The notes under the pieces: generated by a model
The model's database searches: none
What the model was told of the DNA's origin: nothing
What the model saw: the letters and a program-made list of their open reading frames with translations, nothing else
Source of the DNA: a virus
Direction: 5' to 3' (one strand)
DNA length: 64,000 bases
IMG/VR virus record: IMGVR_UViG_3300028840_001508
Location: 32,962 to 96,961 of that record
Translations under genes and position numbers: made by a program
Shown: positions 49,618-58,522 of the stretch, in pieces
Numbering within the stretch: position 1 is the first letter of the stretch
Layout: every line of letters starts with the position of its first letter

Positions 49618-52019
49618 CTCCTGCCAGATACAGGGCTTTCGCCCTCAATGTAAGTATAGCTACCCGACTGCCAAAAACTACATTTCGCAGACCTAACTCT
49701 GGAACTTGCACAGCATATTTATCAGCTAGAGTATAGACGGCAATGCCAAAATATCTATAGCAGCAGGGCATAATATATGGTTTATCGTCTTGTGGTTCGT
49801 CAAGATATTCTTTCAATTTCTCCCAGACCGTTGTAGACATAAGGCAAGCTTCATGAAGTTGTTTTTCCATATCATTCACCTCCTCCTTACCCCCACTACC
49901 TTCCCGTCCACTATCCTCAAAACAGATGCCTTCCCCGGATGTAGCAGCATCTCTTTGAGGATGTGGTATATCAGTATTAGATTTGCTCTGAGACCGGTCA
50001 TTTCAATGTCCATCCTTCGACCTCCCCAGGTTCGGCTTTCCCCGCCATTTGGCATACTTATCTGCCGCCCAGAAACCAGCATCAGGATCGGCAGAAATAC
50101 CTCCGTTGATGGCGAATATTATGTCATACAGCAAGAGATCCAGTTTGTGTATTAGTTGGCTGCGTAGTGGCTCATTTAACCTGAATAGCATATTATATCC
50201 CCCTAGCCTCTAAATCTTCTATCAATTCATCTAACCTGTTCATTCCCACTCCTTTCATCATTGCTAAATATCACTAACACCTTTATCTATATCTATGCTG
50301 CTATCATGTATAACTCCCTCTGTAGCTTGCATCCCAATTAAGATACTCTCTTGTGTGTGGCTGCGCCCCATTAGCACGATTTTTGCTCCTTGGACTTGAA
50401 TAGTGCATTCTGTTACATCGCCGGCCAAGCAATTCAATATGCCACCAATTAGCTCATGTGCTTGACTCACCGATACTTCATAACCCTTCATCCCCTACTC
50501 CTTTTATCCGCTGCTTACTCTACATTGACATAATCAGGCAATCCCTCGCCATTGACAAATTTCAAGCCAAAAATCTCTCTAGTCAATGTCAATTTCTCTG
50601 CATAATCAGAAAATGGTATATGCCTGGAACAAACGGCAATGCCACTATTGCTTGCCCTGATCATAAATGGATAATGTCGATTCCCTAGCACGTCTAGCGG
50701 CATATAGTAGTTTCCCTCATCAGATGGAATATAAGTACACTCAAAAAGCTTACCCCCAGATACCCGCCAGAAACCCATTGCTCCATATAAGCAACTAATG
50801 ACACTCAACGGCCCCCAGCCTTCTCTACGCTTTGCCGCTTCGCCTACAACATACTCGGTGGCTAATCGTGGCGGCAAACTGTATGATAGCAGCTTACCAT
50901 CCACACAGCGCACTATTTTATAGCCTGTGTATTCTATCATCCTCACCATTCCTTTCATTCAGGCAAGGTATCACCCACCACTCCTGATGATAGTAAGTAT
51001 TCGTCCTGCTGATGTCACGTTCCTTCCCTGCCAATGTAAACCCGATAGCACCCATATTGATCAGGCGCACATCAAAAAGCTCTAATACAGTTCTACCGTC
51101 TTGTATCAAAACGCACTTCATGTCGCTTGCCATATCCAAGCCCCCTACATGCTTGGGTGGCTTTTCTATACGAAGACCTGTGCTATATTGAGGATAAACT
51201 GTAACAATCACAAACATCCCCCCCAAAGTTCGGCGTATCAACCCCAGTCTGTCACTCTAACAGAAATACCCGCATAAACTCGCTGTGTTCTGGTAGTTCT
51301 GCCTCACTATAGTAAATATTATCGTCTTTATCCACGAAAATCACTTGTGCATATCTGATATAGTATATTTTGCCTTGTATATCTGGATGATTTGTTACAA
51401 TAGGTAGGAGTTCATCTATTTCGTCTTCGGTCAGTATGTTTCTCAATGAACCTACTCTTTGCATCTTCACCGCTCCTTTCATCCGCTCATTTAGCCTCAA
51501 GTGCTTGCCAAGCATTTTCAGAAGCCTTGATACTTCTGCACACCTGAACGGCTGCCTCCAACTCTTGAATTGTCATAGCATCCCCTATTTTGTGCTTTGA
51601 TGGGCCACCATCGGGAAGCAAGCGGTAGGTAGTTCTATATTTGTCAACTGACTCAGGTTCAACGCAATACAGATAATACAATGTCCGCCCACTTCTTCGT
51701 GCATTATGCCATGTACTAAAACCAAATTCCATATAGTCAAAAGCATCGTTCAGTTTCCTTAATGCTTCATTTGCCCTATACTCAGACGTTCCTTTACCTT
51801 GCATCTTCACCGCTCCTTTCATCCGCTGCTATCTTAAATATCTGGTGGGTCATCCAAGTAACACCAATCAGGAACCCCCTTTTTCCTGTATTCCCTGATG
51901 TTCTTCCCTAGTGTCATGTGGTATCCGCATATTGTATGCGATCTGTATGGACAATCATCACACGATGTTACCCACACTACTGCAACTTTTACGACTTCTT
52001 TACCGCCTACCTGTTCCAT
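49610..52019 (-). other. Array of ~8 short hypothetical early genes
   Basis: Tightly packed - strand ORFs with strong RBS. Confidence 0.55.
51459..51827. repeat. 29-bp direct repeat (RBS + start) at 51459-51487 and 51799-51827
   Basis: TTGCATCTTCACCGCTCCTTTCATCCGCT, identical in both copies. Confidence 0.9.
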
Positions 52020-52049
52020 ATAATCACCTCCCGAAGTTGGGCATCAGTC

Positions 52050-52829
52050 CTATCCTGCTGCTATGTATAATCCGTGTGCTTCTTTGACTGTAGAAGGGAT
52101 CTTGATAACTTCTCGTTTTCTTGACTTTATACCTTGATTGGTATAATGCTCAATCAATTCTGCGTAATCATTTTTCAACCAGTAATCCAACAATACTTTA
52201 TCTGGTAACACTCCATATTCTTTCTGTAACTTAACAGCTTTTTCCCTGCCATTCTGCTCATATCGCTGGAAATTTCTCAATGGCGTTTGCTTGGTTTCTT
52301 CTTCTACTTGCGAAGCAACAAATCTTTCTTGTATTGTTTTTTCTTCAGAACTTTCTTGTTCGTCTAAATATCGCGCAACCTTTTTGGACGAGGTTGTGTT
52401 ATATTCGCGCCAGGGTTGCGCGATATTCATACGACCCTTGAATACTTTGTTGTATAAAAATTGCACAACCTCATCAGCCATTCTCAAACTATAGGCTTTA
52501 CTTGGATATTCAGCATGTAAACAATAAGGACACGGTTTTTGAAACCCTATCTTATACCGACATTCACTACAGAAATAGACGACTTCTATCCATCCTTCTG
52601 CTTCCAGCAACTTCAGGGAACTTACTACAGTAGAGCGTGACATACCCAAATCCTTGCAATATTGCGAACTGGCTATTTCATCCCATAGCTTTTGATAACC
52701 TAGCGTTTTCCGCGCTATATAAGTCAGAATAACTTTGGCAGATGGTGATTTGATTTCCTTATACGCTGTTTTGAAAATATCATCAGGAATAGGTGAGGTA
52801 TGACATTCTATGATCTTGCAGTCTTGCAT
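52050..52829 (-). CDS. Phage replication initiator, lambda O-like N-terminal wHTH
   Basis: IP..I.......S..KV...YI.RKT.GYQK..D.I..SQ.....G.SRSTV..SLK.LE..G.I; start ATG after AGGAGG. Confidence 0.75.
   Translation of the reverse strand: MQDCKIIECHTSPIPDDIFKTAYKEIKSPSAKVILTYIARKTLGYQKLWDEIASSQYCKDLGMSRSTVVSSLKLLEAEGWIEVVYFCSECRYKIGFQKPCPYCLHAEYPSKAYSLRMADEVVQFLYNKVFKGRMNIAQPWREYNTTSSKKVARYLDEQESSEEKTIQERFVASQVEEETKQTPLRNFQRYEQNGREKAVKLQKEYGVLPDKVLLDYWLKNDYAELIEHYTNQGIKSRKREVIKIPSTVKEAHGLYIAAG
52367..52471. repeat. Iteron-like cluster/putative origin inside the initiator gene
   Basis: 14-bp inverted repeat AATATCGCGCAACC/GGTTGCGCGATATT; four RCRCAACCY copies; AT-rich flank. Confidence 0.5.
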
Positions 52830-52999
52830 CTGTAACCTCCTAAGCACGAGTCAGGGCGGCAATGCGCTTAGGAGCATCACCGCCTTATCTGACTCAGGTT
52901 ATTGAAGCGGGTGCGAAGCAGCGGCCTACTGCTTGCATTCAATGTAGGTGCAGAGCTATCGCCCTGCATCATACATTATACCACATTCACGCCCCTTTG

Positions 53000-55215
53000 T
53001 CAAGATTCATCCTCTTTACCCTTGCTTCGTTCTGCCAGTTTCTTACCCTCCATGATGCTATCCCACCATGCCAACGTTTTGGGCGGACGGTCTATTATCT
53101 CTTCGCTTTTCGCATCTTTAAGCTGATGCCTATGCCGTCTGAAGAATAGACGCTTGATTATATTAGCCCACATGCCATTCTCCTTTCTGCCTTTGTCAAG
53201 ATTCATCTACTCTCTTACCCGTCTTGTTCTCTTACCCTTCTTGTATTCCTCCAATGCATCACAGTCGTCTACACAGGATAGCGTTCCATCTTCCAGCCGA
53301 TACCTGGCTGTGTTAGGGCATTCATGACAAGGATTACTATGCCATATCCCGTCATCCCCTTCCGCTCTCACACACGCAACCCTCGTTACCGTTTCGCTAT
53401 CCGAGTTTGTCCCGCTCAGTAATCGCAGGCAGGCGTTGTAAGCGTCTAGTTGTCCGTTTCCGAAGTATCTTTGCTCTCTTTTGGTAATAGTACCGATCTC
53501 CCGTATTCTCGCTTCTATCTCGTCTACTATTGCTGTGAGCCGTTCTTCAGTCATTTCCTCACCTCCTCAATCGCTATTCTCCGTCAGTATCAGCAGCTTC
53601 CACCGTCCTATTAGTCTATCCCGCCGTTACCCCCGTTTCTGCCAGTTTCTCGACATCTGTTTCCCCATTCTCTATCATGTATACCAGCATCCACGCCCTG
53701 TCATCCGCCTCAGTCTCATGCTTTTGATTCAAGCGCAAAGTGAACATCCTGTCATATAGTATCTGCAACTGTTCGTCATCTTTTGCAGTAGCCAACAGTA
53801 TCTCCCCCAGTTCAGCGACGGTGAAGGCAGAATAGAAATCGTTGCGCTCCAGCGGCAATAGACTTTTATCCCCGCCCGTATAGCTCAAATGATAGTTAGT
53901 TGTCATAGTGATAACCCAGTAGAATACGCTATCCTGCTTCACACCCAGTTCCTTCAGCTTCTTTGCCAGTTCCAGTAAGCAGACTTGATCTTCGAGTTTC
54001 ACCTTCATCCTCCTTGGGAACAGAAAAATAAATATAGGCATAGGTATTATCAAAGTCATCATCCTCATCACCCAGATAATTTGGATGATGCTTGAGAATA
54101 TCATAAATGTAATAGTAAGCCGTCCTATTTGCACCACCATTTCGAGTTGTGACACAGATAACACACTCACCCTTCCATTTCGATAAACAAATATCCCTAT
54201 ATCTGCCTGTTATCCAGACATGATTCACTATGCAATTCTGGATAAATGCTTGCTTCTCTGCATCCGTCAAGCATTCAAATCCCTGGTAGAAAGCGGGAGA
54301 CCATATACAAATCTCCCCTTCCTCGCACCGTAACGGATAGGGCGGCCACCAGCTATAAACTGAAAAATCAGCATCATCCAATAAACCAAGCATTTTCCGT
54401 AGTGTGTCAGCATTCGGATTCTCGCCAAAGAGCATGTTATAGAGACCCATATCTATTATCCCCTTTCTCCATGTATCTCTCTATCGCTGCCCGGATCCTG
54501 GCAGACCGGGCGTCGTCTATGGATGCCGCTGATTGCTTATACTCTACCTCTTCGGGCTTCTTCTTATCCTTCCGTTTCGCTTTCATCTTTGACCTCCTCG
54601 TAATTCGGCGGCTCCCATAATTTACATTTTCTATATAAACCAACAATTTTTTTTCTGGCTATGCACCAATATGTTCTACCTCGTCTTCTATAGTTTCCAC
54701 AGGTATCACAACAACCACATATATTGTTTTCTGAATTATTCATACCTCCACTTCCTCCCTCTCCAAAGCCTTCTTCACATCCTCTCCCCTGCGTTCCATC
54801 TGCGACAGTACTACGCCCTGGTTCAGCGTGGTTGTTGCACTGTCTACGCTTGCTTTTAGCAGATGGGGCAAGGCTGTTACCCTCGTCTCCTGCCTAACTG
54901 CGTCTATGATCCGTTCCAGTCTTCTGAGTGATATATGTAGATCTCCCATAGCCTTTTCTCCTTTCAGTTAGTATCCTTCTCATCCCAATTAGTCATATCT
55001 CTATGATAGGGATTCCCATGACACAGGCGACGTGCTTTTGCAAAAGGCGTTCTGTCATCCAAACTCCATGTCTGGTATTTTAGCATCCATCGTGAATCCC
55101 TGAAGCCCAAGGTGACGATAGGGATCAATGCGTCAGCTATTCCTATGAGGCACATCACCGGGCGTTCCAGCAGGTTTATGAAGCCGTTAAGCATTGTCAA
55201 GATGTGTTCTTTCAT
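53000..55215 (-). other. Cluster of short hypothetical early genes (53000-53206, 53207-53554, 53616-54008, 53929-54450, 54437-~54600, 54740-54949, 54964-55215)
   Basis: ORF track and RBS; 53616-54008 has a common phage V.LELAKKLKELG motif. Confidence 0.55.
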
Positions 55216-55637
55216 TTCTCTCCCTCCATATCCAGCTCATCCTCTGGCGGCGGTAGTTGCTTGCGCTTGAATAGCTTGCGCCAGAATGGTTGCTGATAAA
55301 GTGCCCGCAGCACTAACTCCATCTGCCGTTTAAGCCCACCGATTCCCTCCAGCATGAGTGTGTCATGCCGTTCACGCTCTGACACAAGCTGTCTATCTTT
55401 AGCTTTGATTGTTTCTTTTAGTGTATCTATCTCTGCTTTCAACTGCTCGTTCTCCGCCTGCAATTGCTTTCGGCTCATAGCCGGCATAATCTCTCCCGCT
55501 TCCTCTACCAGCCGAAACAGCTTGATCCCGCCTTCATCCTTCACTTCAAGCTTCCCCTCTTCAACCCAGCGATAGACGGTACGCGCCGACTTCCCTATCT
55601 CTGCTGCCATATCATCTAATGTTAGCCATTCATCCAT
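55212..55637 (-). CDS. N-terminal HTH + coiled coil + C-terminal amphipathic FWRKLF protein
   Basis: WLTLDDMAAEIGKSARTVYRWVEEGKL; heptad region; QPFWRKLF. Confidence 0.75.
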   Translation of the reverse strand: MDEWLTLDDMAAEIGKSARTVYRWVEEGKLEVKDEGGIKLFRLVEEAGEIMPAMSRKQLQAENEQLKAEIDTLKETIKAKDRQLVSERERHDTLMLEGIGGLKRQMELVLRALYQQPFWRKLFKRKQLPPPEDELDMEGEK

Positions 55638-55681
55638 AATATACCTCTGACATAGTGACGACATTTAGTGCCATTTGTCTG

Positions 55682-55861
55682 TCATTTGTCATTATCACAT
55701 TTTTCTGGTATCCTCTTCCTCAACGTTGTTGCCACAGCCAATAAGTGCTGATTCTTTGCAAATTGTATCTTCTTGCTGTGTTTGGGACACCAAGCACTTG
55801 TATCACTGCCAGCATCCCGAATAAGCAAGGGACAGTTAGCGCAGTATTTACTAGCTTTCAT
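55682..55861 (-). CDS. Small CxxC protein coupled to the Ro60 stop (59 aa)
   Basis: ATGA overlap; MKASKYCANCPLL...WCPKH. Confidence 0.45.
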   Translation of the reverse strand: MKASKYCANCPLLIRDAGSDTSAWCPKHSKKIQFAKNQHLLAVATTLRKRIPEKCDNDK

Positions 55862-57465
55862 ATCGCACCTGCTATAAACTGGCTTATCATTTGCGGCGAT
55901 GCGGTGCTGAAACCTACTACATCCAACATTCCAGCGTCACGAGGATCGGCTATGCTAAACTGGTTCCCTGTCATCGCAACAACTATCAGCTTCGCATCTA
56001 AGTTAAACTGCTGCCTGTATTTGTCCAGTGCTTGCTTGGGATGAATGTCACCGAACCACGTCTCACTGTCAGTGTAGATGATAAAGGCATCGAATTCCAA
56101 CTTATGCACTAATGCCCCTACTATTGGCAAGGCACAATCAGTTCCACCCATAGGCAACCTTACTGTATGTGTAACCAGGTCGTCTAGTCGCTGATGTCTT
56201 AACATATTGATAGGAACGAACCTGTCACAGAATGCCATTACAGCAACTTTCGGCTCAATCTTATACGTCACCATCGACATGGCGCAGGCTCCCACGCGTG
56301 GGGTTAGGGAAGGGATGCCGTTGATACTCCCATAAGACATAGAGCCGCTTATATCTAATCCTATACATATCCGCTTTCCCGATGCTTCCACATTCTCAAA
56401 GGCATCATAGAAAGCACCGTCCAGCGCGTCTATCACATCACCGACAGGATTCCACGACCCGCTTCCCCTGAAGCCGTGTCCCTGGGCGTAGGTACTCTGT
56501 GCGGCAAGGATAGACAGCGGATGCACTCTTGCCTTGTGTATCCGTTCTTTCGTGAGGGCTGACGTGACTTTCTCTATAGTATCAAGCTTACTCTCTATAA
56601 GCAAACCGACCTTGCTCATATTGCCCAGGTTGCGGATCATGGCTGTGAGTGGCATATTCTGAAGCAAGGCGTTCCAGACATCGGGATCAGTGAGCCATTG
56701 GGTTGGGATCATCTCGCGGGTAAGCCTGTATTTGTCTATCATAGTCAGAATAGTATGCTTATCGCTGCAAGCTTTGACTGTATCATATACCTGCAACAGT
56801 TTGGCGGGACAATCATCACCCAACTCGTAATCAAATGTTGTTTTTCCCACAGCCCATGAGAAGATAGTATCTCGTTCCTGCGTCTTCGGCACAGGCTTCG
56901 CCAACCGCAGCATATCCCTGTGAGACCAGCCATCCCGTTGCTGGTACTTCACTACCTGATACGCAAGCCTGTCTATATCCATATCATTATACCACTTCGC
57001 AACAGCAGTCCGAAGCCCGCGCCCCCAGCCACGAAACTGCTCGACAAACTGGGCGAAGTGGAACAGGTGCGTTCCGATACGGCAGACTTTAAGCAATGCT
57101 TTTAGTGCTGCCTTTCGCGTCGCCAAGTCGTCAGCGGCGGAACACATAGCGAGGGCAAAGATAGCATAGTCGTTGTTTGCTGCCCGCCCCTTGTCGCTGA
57201 TCTCGACTATCTCATTGACAGCGCGCAGGCCATCTTGCTCAATACAGCGCATGGTGGCTTCGCAGGCGTCTTTAGCCAGCTTGCGCTCTGATACATAGTA
57301 TGTGCCGCCCTCTGTGCCTAATGTGAGAAAGCGGCGGAACATCTGCCAGTCGTCTATCTCCCAGGCATATCCACCAGCATTGTTTTCGCTCATATCGGTG
57401 CGTCCAGGAATTGGTTCAGTTTGCGGCGTTTGGCGTGTAGAAAAAGAGGAAAGATGCGATTTCAT
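55858..57465 (-). CDS. rsr: Ro60/Rsr (TROVE + vWA) RNA-binding protein
   Basis: NNAGGY...RRFL.LGTEGGTYY; GWGRGLR; KYQQRDGWSHRD; MPLTAMIRNLG; vWA MIDAS DISGSM; GGTDCALP; YTDSETW; true start after GAAAGGAG. Confidence 0.96.
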   Translation of the reverse strand: MKSHLSSFSTRQTPQTEPIPGRTDMSENNAGGYAWEIDDWQMFRRFLTLGTEGGTYYVSERKLAKDACEATMRCIEQDGLRAVNEIVEISDKGRAANNDYAIFALAMCSAADDLATRKAALKALLKVCRIGTHLFHFAQFVEQFRGWGRGLRTAVAKWYNDMDIDRLAYQVVKYQQRDGWSHRDMLRLAKPVPKTQERDTIFSWAVGKTTFDYELGDDCPAKLLQVYDTVKACSDKHTILTMIDKYRLTREMIPTQWLTDPDVWNALLQNMPLTAMIRNLGNMSKVGLLIESKLDTIEKVTSALTKERIHKARVHPLSILAAQSTYAQGHGFRGSGSWNPVGDVIDALDGAFYDAFENVEASGKRICIGLDISGSMSYGSINGIPSLTPRVGACAMSMVTYKIEPKVAVMAFCDRFVPINMLRHQRLDDLVTHTVRLPMGGTDCALPIVGALVHKLEFDAFIIYTDSETWFGDIHPKQALDKYRQQFNLDAKLIVVAMTGNQFSIADPRDAGMLDVVGFSTASPQMISQFIAGAI

Positions 57466-57490
57466 GATGTCTCCTTTCTGGAATGAAAAA

Positions 57491-57556
57491 AGCGGGCAAG
57501 TAATTGAAATGGGAAGATTCAATTCACAGTTGATAACCCATCTCATCCTGCCCGCT
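57491..57556 (-). ncRNA. Short Y-RNA-like element lacking the tRNA-like domain
   Basis: AGCGGGCAGGA...GGGTTATCA...CCCAT...TACTTGCCCGCT; same terminal stem as the two elements upstream. Confidence 0.7.
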
Positions 57557-57564
57557 GACTTGAA

Positions 57565-57680
57565 CCGGGCAAGTCTAAAGAAGTCGATATGCTTTACCAT
57601 TAAGCTACCACCCCGAAGGGTGGGCGGGATTTGAACGCCGCAATCATTTATGCAATGATAACCGACCTCATCCGGCCCAG
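57565..57680 (-). ncRNA. YrlA-like Y RNA with circularly permuted tRNA domain
   Basis: GGGCCGGA/ACTTGCCC stem; T arm with GTTCAAATC; acceptor-like CCACCC-TTCG-GGGTGG; D arm TAGCTTAATGGTAAAGC. Confidence 0.88.
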
Positions 57681-57689
57681 TAGAATTAA

Positions 57690-57813
57690 GTCGGGCGAGT
57701 ATTTGCTATGGATGTTTACGTGCTCTACCAATTGAGCTACGCCCCGAAGGACGACGGGACTTGAACCCGCAACAACGTCATTCAAAATGATAACCCATAA
57801 CTTCCGGCCCGAC
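57690..57813 (-). ncRNA. YrlA-like Y RNA with circularly permuted tRNA domain
   Basis: GTCGGGCCGGA/ACTCGCCCGAC stem; T arm GCGGG-TTCAAGT-CCCGT; CGTCC-TTCG-GGGCG; D arm TAGCTCAATTGGTAGAGC. Confidence 0.9.
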
Positions 57814-57840
57814 AAACCATATTCAATTTTCACATTATGA

Positions 57841-57869
57841 ATTATATCACACCGCTACTATTTTGTCAA
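57841..57869 (-). promoter_or_regulatory. Consensus sigma70 promoter for the Y RNA-Ro60 operon
   Basis: TTGACA-17bp-TATAAT with extended TG on the - strand. Confidence 0.9.
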
Positions 57870-58070
57870 GTATGTCTGTCAAAGTGTCATAAACCCTCAT
57901 AGTTACTGACATCTATGCCATTTTTATTTCAGTATAGTGCGACATTGTGACGGCGTTTGACGAAATAAAAATGTCACTAATGTCACAGCATATACCGCAA
58001 ACCCTTACTATCATTGACTTTGTGGCATAGGCTTCGCCGTCATGTTTATGTCACTTTTTTTGAAAAAGCC

Positions 58071-58099
58071 TTGACAATCGTAAAGAGTTGTGATATACT
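58071..58099 (+). promoter_or_regulatory. Divergent sigma70 promoter
   Basis: TTGACA-17bp-TATACT with extended TG, preceded by A/T tracts. Confidence 0.88.
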
Positions 58100-58159
58100 T
58101 ATGTATAGAAGGCAAGAGAAAGAAGTTAATTGAAAACAGAAATGAAAGAGAAGCAAACA

Positions 58160-58510
58160 GGGTTACTTGAAATCCTGAGCCATGACCGATAGCAGTTCTG
58201 AATGGCAGACGAAAGAGCGAAAGCAGCTATACTAAGGTCAACGCTAAACAGGCTTAAACCTGAGATTCAAGCGATACTGATATGAGACATACTGGTGAAC
58301 AGAAGGGCAATAAAGCTCAGTTCTATGTCTCACGCATAAAGCGACATATCTTACACACATAGCAAGTATCACGGAGCGAGAGCAGACCGATGCTATGACA
58401 CAGCTTGAGCCGAGCGGTAGCGACGCGATGATGGCTTGAGCAACCGGCAGACGTTACTACTGGTGGAGCCGGTAAGCGCGAACAGATGTTCGGGCAGGTA
58501 GTAACAGGAA
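58160..58510 (+). ncRNA. Putative large structured ncRNA/leader
   Basis: No convincing + strand ORF for ~420 nt after a strong promoter; many nested complementary segments (see findings). Confidence 0.55.
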
Positions 58511-58522
58511 AGGAGATAGAGG

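Noticed and set aside
57565-57813. Canonical tRNA genes or tRNA pseudogenes
   Set aside because: Arm order is T, acceptor, D with no anticodon arm or CCA, which is the YrlA permutation
57466-57833. N-terminal extension of Ro60 to 57600 and ORF 57648-57833
   Set aside because: They run through the Y-RNA elements; a strong RBS precedes ATG 57465, where Ro60-like sequence begins
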